Source: an uncultured virus (IMG/VR IMGVR_UViG_3300042516_003420) (taxonomy: Duplodnaviria > Heunggongvirae > Uroviricota > Caudoviricetes). Taken from it: DNA of 64,000 nucleotides. The position numbers and the translations under genes are program-made. Of the stretch, positions 53,400 through 61,800 are shown piece after piece. The stretch is taken from IMG/VR virus record IMGVR_UViG_3300042516_003420; one strand, given 5' to 3'. Positions within the stretch are counted from its first letter, which is position 1. Every line of letters starts with the position of its first letter. The notes below the pieces were generated by a model, which was not told the DNA's origin, did no database searches, and was given only the letters and a program-made list of their open reading frames with translations.

Positions 53400-53425
53400 A
53401 GTGGTGACGCCAACCACTTCCAACC

Positions 53426-53548
53426 ATGGCAAAACCCAAGTCAACCATCAATAAAATTGAATCCAAACCCAAGAAAACACGTCAAGGCCAGGGTTTAAAT
53501 TCAAAGCCCAATCATGGCCGTAAAAAAACAAGGGGTCAAGGACGTTAA
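53426..53548 (+). CDS. Small Lys/Arg-rich protein (40 aa, not in ORF track)
   Basis: MAKPKSTINKIESKPKKTRQGQG...RKKTRGQGR. Confidence 0.65.
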   Translation: MAKPKSTINKIESKPKKTRQGQGLNSKPNHGRKKTRGQGR

Positions 53549-53595
53549 CAAAATATTTTTAAGGTGTGTAGTATGGGAGTACTTGATGTACTCCC

Positions 53596-54249
53596 ATGTC
53601 AGATTTGCGAGAAGCGGTTGCTCTTATTCGTAAATACGAAGGCTTTAATGAGAAAGCTTTCCTTTCTGACGAGGAAGGACGTTACACCATTGGCTATGGG
53701 ACTCAGTTTTACCCAGATGGTTCTCCGGTAAAACAAGGTCAATGGTGCACCAAAGAAAAAGCACTTGAGTACTTGAGTTGTGAAGTAAAAGCAATCAAGA
53801 ATTTACTGAAGGATTTAAACTTACATTTAAACGAGCCTTCTGAGCAGGCTTTAATTTCTTTTGTCCATTCAATTGGATGGAAACCTTTTCTCTATAGCAA
53901 TGTCATTGACTGCTTAAATGATGAGGACTGGGCTGGCGTTGCAGAAGAAATCTCGCACTGGATCTTTGATGAAAACCATCGAGTTATTGGTGGTTTGATC
54001 GATAGGCGCAGGGAGGAGGTTGAACTGTTCTTGCGTGAGATTGATGCAAATCCCTGGGTATCCACAGAGGTACTGCTTAAGGCGTTTCGAAACTATAGTG
54101 CTGCACCACATCAAGTTAGGGCCATCAGAGAGCTTGAAGAAAAAATCAATCCTTACGCCCTTGCAGAGTTTGCAAATTCGTTTAAGGTAGACGAAGATCC
54201 CTGGGGGTTGGTTGACGATCAAGGACTTGAAACTTTATTCGCCAGCTAG
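53596..54249 (+). CDS. Lysozyme/endolysin (GH24, T4-like)
   Basis: LIRKYEGF...D..G.YTIGYGT; ALISFV.S.G; GLIDRRREE. Confidence 0.9.
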   Translation: MSDLREAVALIRKYEGFNEKAFLSDEEGRYTIGYGTQFYPDGSPVKQGQWCTKEKALEYLSCEVKAIKNLLKDLNLHLNEPSEQALISFVHSIGWKPFLYSNVIDCLNDEDWAGVAEEISHWIFDENHRVIGGLIDRRREEVELFLREIDANPWVSTEVLLKAFRNYSAAPHQVRAIRELEEKINPYALAEFANSFKVDEDPWGLVDDQGLETLFAS

Positions 54250-54273
54250 CCTTAAAATAGTTTCATCAAGACC

Positions 54274-54579
54274 ATGAAAAACGCAATGGAAAGATCAGTA
54301 GAGCCCAGGGAATTTGAACTGCCCTTGGAACTTCAGTTTTCCATGCGGAAGGCTGAGATGGTGGCCAAGGAAATGACCTGGGATGAACTCTATGTCACCC
54401 TGTTGAACCTATACCATCAACGCCTGATGGAGTGGCAAGCGGTCAAAGAGATCCTTTCCGACGAAAACATTCAGCTTGATTTTGACGTACCCACAGATAT
54501 TGAACTGGAAGAACTCGCCGCCGCCTGTTCTTACTTTGACGACGGCGACGAGGATGAAGATGAGCTTCAGCCGTTCTGA
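54274..54579 (+). CDS. nblA: NblA-like phycobilisome degradation adaptor with acidic tail
   Basis: ELPLELQFSMR......EMTWDE....LLNLYHQ follows the NblA pattern LSLEQQF..R......MS..Q....L..LY.Q. Confidence 0.65.
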   Translation: MKNAMERSVEPREFELPLELQFSMRKAEMVAKEMTWDELYVTLLNLYHQRLMEWQAVKEILSDENIQLDFDVPTDIELEELAAACSYFDDGDEDEDELQPF

Positions 54580-55133
54580 GCTTCATCAAATTGAATAAGG
54601 CGGTCTAAGTACCACTGCGCTTTTTTCAGTGACTTAGTGCCGCCCTTCATGCGTTCGCGCCAGCTATATTTCATCAAGTTACCTTTACAGTAACCACGGA
54701 ACTCTTCTGGAGTTAAAGAAGCTTCGATTGCTTCGATGCACTCAATGCCGCCATCATTGTAATGAGGGGGGTGATTGACCTCATCCGACTGGACAACAGG
54801 AGGTTCTTCAATAGTGTTCTCGCCAGGAAAGTTGGAATCCCGGTCCTTACTCAAAAATTCAGAGCTGGCAAGAGCTTCGACACCCTTAGCCCAAGGTACG
54901 GGGCATACACCACCTGGGCAATCACTCAGCTCGTTCACCGGGTCAAACCACGTCGTTTTGCGGACAGAGCCTTCTCCTTCTCTGGAACCATCTCCAGCTC
55001 CAGTACCAAGCCTTTGGGCTTGGGTGCTGCTCCCATCTCCAGACCTTCCTCCATCGAAGGGATATAGCCCGTTAGTCCCGGACGACGCCCTTCCGCCAAA
55101 GATAGGTTCTGCCTCTCGTTTCCTTGTTGACAT
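54567..55133 (-). CDS. DUF3310 (SaV-like) protein; start uncertain
   Basis: D.VNHPPHY..GGIECIEAI...GYCKGN..KY.WR...K....L.KA.WYL. Confidence 0.85.
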   Translation of the reverse strand: MSTRKREAEPIFGGRASSGTNGLYPFDGGRSGDGSSTQAQRLGTGAGDGSREGEGSVRKTTWFDPVNELSDCPGGVCPVPWAKGVEALASSEFLSKDRDSNFPGENTIEEPPVVQSDEVNHPPHYNDGGIECIEAIEASLTPEEFRGYCKGNLMKYSWRERMKGGTKSLKKAQWYLDRLIQFDEAQNG

Positions 55134-55282
55134 GCCGCTAGTCCACGGTTGTACATGTCATATAAGGGTACATCATTTTCTTCGTTTGCGAGCGGCTGCC
55201 CAAAGTCTTCTTCGCTTAAGCAGCGACACTTCACTTCGTCTTGGACAAACGCATCCAGGAACGATGCTGCGTTATGCATCAT
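54935..55282 (-). CDS. Hypothetical protein
   Basis: 115 aa; overlaps the 5' region of the DUF3310 ORF. Confidence 0.55.
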   Translation of the reverse strand: MMHNAASFLDAFVQDEVKCRCLSEEDFGQPLANEENDVPLYDMYNRGLAACQQGNERQNLSLAEGRRPGLTGYIPSMEEGLEMGAAPKPKGLVLELEMVPEKEKALSAKRRGLTR

Positions 55283-55318
55283 ATTAAGAATTTGAATTAC
55301 TCCTTTTACAATAATACT

Positions 55319-55699
55319 ATGGCAAGATTCTTTGATCCCACATACGATCCACGGCAGGATTCTGGTAGTTCCGGATCGGAAATCAGTGATCTTGTTCCGG
55401 AACGGAATTACGATACAGACCTACGTCGAATTCCTCAAGATGAACGAACAACAGTAGAACCAATAAACGAAAAACAAGAGGGAATTAAAAAGTTCTTTAG
55501 CGCAGCAAAAGCGGCAAATAAATTCCGCCAGAAAGCTTCCATTGATGAGCCAACCCTCCGTGGTGAAACCCCCAGGTCAGAAGCCACCATAGGTGGTGTT
55601 GAAGTTCCAAGTCTGGGGGACGAGTACGGCACAGTGGGAAGCGTGGGTTACGCCAAAAAGCCCCGGCCACAGTCAGGTACTTTTTACGGTTTTAGCTAA
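55319..55699 (+). CDS. Hypothetical protein
   Basis: Start MARFFD after TACAAT. Confidence 0.65.
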   Translation: MARFFDPTYDPRQDSGSSGSEISDLVPERNYDTDLRRIPQDERTTVEPINEKQEGIKKFFSAAKAANKFRQKASIDEPTLRGETPRSEATIGGVEVPSLGDEYGTVGSVGYAKKPRPQSGTFYGFS

Positions 55700-55908
55700 C
55701 TCCAGTTGTTGCTGAAGTCTTCTAAATCCAAAGCGTCTTGCATCTGCCCCAGAGAATCCTGGAGCGTATTCAAAACCCATTGGACGTTACCTGTTTTAAA
55801 AGGAGCAAGCTTGCCTGCCAGCTCCGCATTACTTAAAAAGATAACCTGGTTTTCAAGGATCTCAAGGATATCGATCCTTTGCTCTAAGTCACTGGAATCC
55901 ATGCTCAA
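55696..55908 (-). CDS. Hypothetical coiled-coil protein
   Basis: 70 aa after dcd. Confidence 0.6.
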   Translation of the reverse strand: MSMDSSDLEQRIDILEILENQVIFLSNAELAGKLAPFKTGNVQWVLNTLQDSLGQMQDALDLEDFSNNWS

Positions 55909-56492
55909 GCCTTAGAGTAAACAACTTCTTGTGCCTGGTTCTGGTACTTACCTTTCCGGTCCTGGTAAGAAACTTCACAAGGAGTTCCGCGAAGGAACAG
56001 AAGTTGGATGATCCCTTCGTTTGCGTAGATACGATTGAATTGCCCCGTGGCATTGCTGATCTCAAGGGTCAGGTAGCCCTCCCAACCGGCCTCTGCGGGC
56101 GTGATGTTAGCAATGATGCCCGAGCGTGCGTAACTGCTCTTGCCCATGGCAATTACCGTCACATCCTGGGGAAGCTTCAGGCGCTCTTCTGCAACTGCCA
56201 AGCAATAGCCGTAGGGAGGCAGAAGGAAGTATTGGCCTTTCTCGTCTTCCAGGAGAGCTGAATCAGAAAGGATCTTAGGATTGAAGTCCTTTGGATCTGA
56301 TACACCTTCTTGAATGCGTCCAAAGATGAGACACTGTTTAGGGGACAGGCGGATGTCGTACCCGTAAGAACTCAAACCGTAACTCAGAACACGTCGCCCA
56401 CTTTCTTCGTTGATTAACCGATCTGTAAACGGTTCAATCATCCCCTGTTCAAGGGCAAATTTCTTGATTTCGCTGTCGCAAAGGATTCCCAT
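55905..56492 (-). CDS. dcd: dCTP deaminase
   Basis: SYGLSSYGYDIRL, GKSSYARSG, TPAEAGWEGYLTLEISN, IYANEGI.Q, Y.DRKGKYQNQ. Confidence 0.96.
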   Translation of the reverse strand: MGILCDSEIKKFALEQGMIEPFTDRLINEESGRRVLSYGLSSYGYDIRLSPKQCLIFGRIQEGVSDPKDFNPKILSDSALLEDEKGQYFLLPPYGYCLAVAEERLKLPQDVTVIAMGKSSYARSGIIANITPAEAGWEGYLTLEISNATGQFNRIYANEGIIQLLFLRGTPCEVSYQDRKGKYQNQAQEVVYSKA

Positions 56493-56525
56493 AAAGCCCT
56501 TTAATCGTCTTTAACTATACCCAAT

Positions 56526-57113
56526 TCAGTAGATAACGCGGCCAAATTGCTCGTAAACATCGATAAATTTTTGCGTTGCCTCAGACGAGTTCAATTTGGG
56601 TTGCAAATGAACCACAAAAGAAGTACAGGTTTTATGCTCACCGATTCCCTCGCTAGTGTTCTTGATCAAACGTGGTACCGTCTTCAAGAAGCAGATGGGA
56701 AAATCAAATATCTTCTGTTCATAACGAATCATGTCAGGGCAGTTGCTGAAGTAGATGGCTTGCTCAACCTCATCGGCGTACCATTTCTTGAATAGAGTCC
56801 TAAACCAAACAGCATGAGATGAAACCAAGGTTGGGGATGAGGCCCTGGTCATCTTCCACCTGTCAAGTTTCTTATCAAAGAAATAACAACCACTGGGTGG
56901 AAACAAATACACCTTCCCAAACCACTGCTGGGCATTAAGGCCGTCTTGTTGCGGACCAAAGAACTGATCCGCTTGCACAAACTGCTGTGCCACTTTGGAA
57001 CTGGCGGGATCAAGGTCGATGTTCCCCATAACCATGTTGGCGGCTTGTATTAACTCCGTGGGGGTGATCAACTCAAGATCTTCCTTTCTGCCCGTAACCC
57101 GCCTAATCGTCAC
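56526..57113 (-). CDS. Phage N6-adenine methyltransferase-like protein with altered catalytic motif
   Basis: TP..LI.AA..VMG.IDLDPASS...DGL...W.GKVYL, then FPPS in place of NPPY. Confidence 0.7.
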   Translation of the reverse strand: MTIRRVTGRKEDLELITPTELIQAANMVMGNIDLDPASSKVAQQFVQADQFFGPQQDGLNAQQWFGKVYLFPPSGCYFFDKKLDRWKMTRASSPTLVSSHAVWFRTLFKKWYADEVEQAIYFSNCPDMIRYEQKIFDFPICFLKTVPRLIKNTSEGIGEHKTCTSFVVHLQPKLNSSEATQKFIDVYEQFGRVIY

Positions 57114-57499
57114 TTCTTGTCCACCATTTGGTTGTAATCAATCTCAAAATAACGCACGCCTTCATCATCATTAATGACGTAACCCGCCTTTTCTTCAGGG
57201 TCAATTTTTTGAGCGGCCTCTAAAATGCGCCTAAAGCTTTCCGCAAGATCACCTTTATTGTCTCGTTCGCATTCCTCTTGAGCAGAGTGAATTTCTTTTA
57301 ACGTCCAGTAAAACATGGAGCGCTCTTTACTCTGGGGTTGAAATACCATGACCCCTGGACCATCAACTTGCCAAAATTGATAGTACATTGATCCCATATC
57401 GCCAAGAATGAAATCAATGGTTTGATTTAGCATCTTGCCTTTGGTTTCATTCATGTCACCCTGAAGGGTTGCATGAATCAGTTTTTCTCTCCGGTTCAT
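57110..57499 (-). CDS. Hypothetical protein
   Basis: 129 aa in operon. Confidence 0.7.
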   Translation of the reverse strand: MNRREKLIHATLQGDMNETKGKMLNQTIDFILGDMGSMYYQFWQVDGPGVMVFQPQSKERSMFYWTLKEIHSAQEECERDNKGDLAESFRRILEAAQKIDPEEKAGYVINDDEGVRYFEIDYNQMVDKK

Positions 57500-57956
57500 T
57501 TGAAACCAATCCCTGTCGAAGTAATGATTCTTTTAGCTTAGGCAATGGCTGGTAGATAACGACCAGTTTTCCAAGGTTCCCTCTCTTTTTGACAAGCTTT
57601 CCTTTTTCGTCCCGTAGCTTATCAAACTCTCCGGAGCGAATCAAATACTCAGCAACGCACCGTAATCTCCGCTTGAGAGGCAACTCTGCTTGCGGAAATT
57701 TACCACAGATTGTATCTGGGTGCATATCAACAAAAGCCAAGCGAAGCCGGTTGGCTAATGTCATGCCGGAATTGGCGTCCTCCTCTTCATACTCTTTAAC
57801 GTTTTCTAGATATCGACGCAGGCATAAATCATCGAACGATCCCTCAGGAGGGAGGAAGTCCTGGACCTGATTAAACAAAGATTCGGGCAGCAGATCCTGA
57901 CAGTTTTTGACCGTGAGTTCCTGTAGGTCTAAGTCATGGAAACGATTTAACATCAT
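57456..57956 (-). CDS. Hypothetical protein
   Basis: 166 aa in operon. Confidence 0.7.
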   Translation of the reverse strand: MMLNRFHDLDLQELTVKNCQDLLPESLFNQVQDFLPPEGSFDDLCLRRYLENVKEYEEEDANSGMTLANRLRLAFVDMHPDTICGKFPQAELPLKRRLRCVAEYLIRSGEFDKLRDEKGKLVKKRGNLGKLVVIYQPLPKLKESLLRQGLVSNEPERKTDSCNPSG

Positions 57957-58366
57957 TCAAGTTTCTCTTGGGTACTTTGGTACTTCCTGCCATAGAAGTC
58001 AGACAGATCAATGTCTTTGTTTTTTGAAAAGGACATGATCAAGTGATTCCAAGGAACACGAATTACCGCTTTCTTGGATGGATCAGGAGAAACGTTGACG
58101 TAATGCAGTCCTTCCGTCCAGCCTTTCTCAGGTTTTTTCTTGCCAATAGCAATCCAATTTCGAATGGTCTGATCTGATATCCCAAGCCGACGAGCACATT
58201 CTTCTGTAGAAATGTACTCATCAGCAAAAGCCTGAGGATTTAACTGGTCAGTTTCCTGGGTTTGATACCGACTGTGCCACATGGACGCCAAGATGTTTCG
58301 CACACCTTTTAGTTCATGGGCGATATCCTCCAATCCCTTTCGAATCCCGTAACTCATACTCGACAT
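57953..58366 (-). CDS. HTH (excisionase/MerR-like) DNA-binding protein
   Basis: YISTEECARRLGISDQTIRNWI..G...W.EG.HY. Confidence 0.75.
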   Translation of the reverse strand: MSSMSYGIRKGLEDIAHELKGVRNILASMWHSRYQTQETDQLNPQAFADEYISTEECARRLGISDQTIRNWIAIGKKKPEKGWTEGLHYVNVSPDPSKKAVIRVPWNHLIMSFSKNKDIDLSDFYGRKYQSTQEKLE

Positions 58367-58410
58367 GTTTTGATTAAATGCTAAGGTATAAAAAAGCATT
58401 CTGCTATCCA

Positions 58411-58794
58411 ATGGAAGATCAAGTAACCCCTTCCAATCCGCCCCGTTCTCCGGAACAAAATTTCAACGTTCCCTTGCCAAGGACTATCACACCTGAGTTA
58501 CTGGAAGCACTCAAGGCCCAGGCACGAGAAAATGCAATCAAACAGGCACTGGAAGAAAGTAGTGCAGCAGCCCGGTCTCCCATGCCACAACAAAGCATGG
58601 TTTTCCCTCCATTGCAAGGCAGAAACGTCCCAGAATTTGTGGAGCCACCACAGTTTGTTTATGTGAGGCGCAACCTGACAGTGGCTGAATTGATTGTGGT
58701 TTTTGCTCTTTCCTGTGGCCTTGTTTTAGGCATTCAAGGAGCCTGGCACCTCGGTTCTCGTTTGCTGCCAAGTATTGAAATTAAGGTCAAATAA
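58411..58794 (+). CDS. Hypothetical protein with C-terminal TM
   Basis: LIVVFALSCGLVLGI. Confidence 0.65.
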   Translation: MEDQVTPSNPPRSPEQNFNVPLPRTITPELLEALKAQARENAIKQALEESSAAARSPMPQQSMVFPPLQGRNVPEFVEPPQFVYVRRNLTVAELIVVFALSCGLVLGIQGAWHLGSRLLPSIEIKVK

Positions 58795-58847
58795 AATAAG
58801 CACATCTCGCCTATAATTTAATTTATAGGTTTATGTGTTTTAAATAG

Positions 58848-61800
58848 GTGGCTAATAGGCGCATAACTGAATTGCCAGCGATCACGTCGACGAATATCAA
58901 CGACGACGATCTTTTATTGGTTGTTGATGTTGCCGAAGTTGATCCTGGTCTAAAAAGTAAAAAACTCACGTTTAACGAAACAAAGCAATATTTCAACAAC
59001 TACTATCTTCAGTTAACAGGTGGTGGTGTTGCAGGCGACTTAACTGTTGGCGGCAATCTTTCCGTTAGCGGTTCATTTACTCCTGCTTCGATCAACGTCA
59101 CGAACACTGGTACTTTTGCGTACCTTACGGTAAATAGTGGCGCGGTCTTTAATTCGTTAACCAGTGGAACAGTATTTACTGGTCAGACATTTCAGGCTGT
59201 TGATGTCAACGCATCTACTGGCAATTTCACAAACGTAATCGGTGGAACTGCAACAATCGGAACGGGCAATTTTACAAGGTTAAGCGGAACAACAGTAACA
59301 GGTGTTTCTGGTGCGTTCACTTCTTTAACAGGACAAACGATTACAGGAGCAACCGGTTTATTTTCTAGTTTCAGTGGCACCAACATTACTGGTGTCAACG
59401 GTGTATTTACAACTCAAGTTTCTGGTGCTGTTGTAACTGGTGATGCAGTTCAAGCCAGTAGCATTACTGGTATCAGTGGCGTTTTTACAACTCGTTTATC
59501 CGGAGCAACAATTACAGGAGCGGCAGGTTTATTTGCAAACTTAACGGGTGTTTCCGGAGTATTTACCACAAGTGTTTCTGGTTCAACTGTCACAGGAGAT
59601 ACTGGTTTATTTGCAAATTTAACCGGAGTTAGCGGAACTTTCACCACACGGGTATCGGGTTTAACGGTAACCGGTGCCACTGGTTTATTTGCAAATTTAA
59701 CTGGTGGCTTAGGTACGTTTACAACACAAATCTCCGGTGCAGTTGTTACAGGTAATGTTGGTACTTTTACTAACATTACCGGAGTATCAGGTGTATTTAC
59801 TAGTAGAATTTCTGGCGCAGTAGTAACAGGGGATGCGGGAACCTTTACTAGTGTCACAGGTGCTACTGGAGTTTTCACGACACGCGTGTCTGGTGCAACC
59901 ATCACAGGCGTCACTGGTTTATTCCAAAAGATTGAAGCTCAAACCGGTGTTTTTACTAACACTATTTCTATTCCAACAATTGATACAACTGGCAACATTA
60001 GTGCCGCAGGGAATTTAAACATCAGTGGCAACGCAACATTTTCTTCCGGGATTGTTGTTAGTGGTCAGATTTCAGGAGGATCTGTTACAGGTATTACCGG
60101 TACTTTTGGGATACTAACTGGAAATGAAATATACGGTTTAACCAGTATTTCCGGTAATACCATTACTGGTGCATCTGGTAACTTCACAACGGCAAGAGCT
60201 GTTACAGGCGTGTTCACCACGACTTTAAGTGGTACAACAATTACAGGAAACACCATTAACGCCACAACCGGTACTTTTGTATCAGGGATTTTTAACGTTG
60301 TTTCTGGAGCAACCGTTACTGGAAATAACGGGCAGTTTGCGAACTTAACAGGCGTTTCAGGTACCTTTACGGATCGCCTTTCTGGCGCAACCATTACTGG
60401 TAGCACAGGTGGGTTTGCACAGCTTAATGGAATTAGTGGTGCGTTTACTGGACGCGTTTCTGGAGCAACAATCACCGGAGACAATGGTCAATTTACAGCT
60501 ATTACAGGGCAGACTGGTATATTTACAACCCTTTTGTCAGGGGCTGCAATCACGGGATCTATTGGTAACTTTGGATCTATTACTGGTGTATCTGGTGTAT
60601 TTACATCACAGCTGTCTGGAGCAAACATAACAGGAACCGCTGGTTCGTTTACCAGGGTTACAGGCGTTAGTGGCGTATTTACATCTCAAATTTCAGGTCA
60701 AAATTTTGTAGGCGAAAACGCAACTTTCAATTACGTTACCGGTAGCACCCGAGTCGAAGGCGGAACAGTTACAGGAGTCACAGGTAATTTTGTAACTATT
60801 AACAGCGTTTCCGGAAGTTTTACCTCGCAGCTTTCTGGCGCTTCCATAACCGGTGGTACGGCTGCCTTTACAAGGATTACCGGAATTAGTGGCGTATTTA
60901 CATCACAGCTTTCAGGACAAAATGTTATCGGTGATAGCGCAACCTTTAACCAAATTACAGGAACAACAAAAATAGACGGTGGCACGGTTTCGGGAGGAAC
61001 CGTTACAGGAAACCTTGGTTTATTTACGAATTTAACTGGCATTTCCGGTACATTCACATCTAGGGTTTCTGGTGCATATATCACAGGAGTTACCGTTGAA
61101 GCCGTTACCGTTACTGCTGCAACAGGTAATTTTACGACCGTAAACTTTACTCAAACAACTACCGGAAATATTCAGGTTAGTGGCAGCGGTATTTTTGGCA
61201 GTGGAGTTTTTACAGCAGGTATTATTTCCGGTAATACGTACTACGCTAGCGGTGGTGTTTTAATTGTCAGTGGATCTGGTGATATTCGTCCTTATGGTTT
61301 ATTTTCTTTTCCACCAACAACAGGAACCTCTGGCTTTATATTAAGCACAAATTCTGATGGAACTACTTCATGGATTTCTGGTGTTTCCGGTTTAATTGGC
61401 CAAACAGATTCCGGAAGCCCGTTTGAAACAAGCCTTGGTTTTGAAGCAGGTTTAAACAATACCGGAAGTGATAATACTTTTATTGGTTATCGAGCAGGTA
61501 AAGAAAATACAACAGGTATTTCTAATACTGCAGTTGGTCGATTTGCTTTAGGCAGTAATACAACAGGCTCTGAAAATACTGCAGTTGGTCGAGCTGCTTT
61601 AGGCAATACTACAACAGGCGTCAATAATACTGCAGTTGGCCGAGGCGCTTTAGCCACTAATGTAATAGGCTCTGGTAATACTGCAGTTGGTCGAGCTGCT
61701 TTAACTTTTAGTGTAACAGGGAATAATAACACTGCAGTTGGTGAAAATGCTTTAGATAGCGCATCAAACGTTAGCAATAATACTGCGATTGGTCAAAATG

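Noticed and set aside
53578..53592. Cyanobacterial LexA box (AGTAC...GTACT)
   Set aside because: The spacer is 5 nt rather than 4, and the longer perfect stem is better explained as an RNA hairpin. The similar site near 17873 is also off by one.
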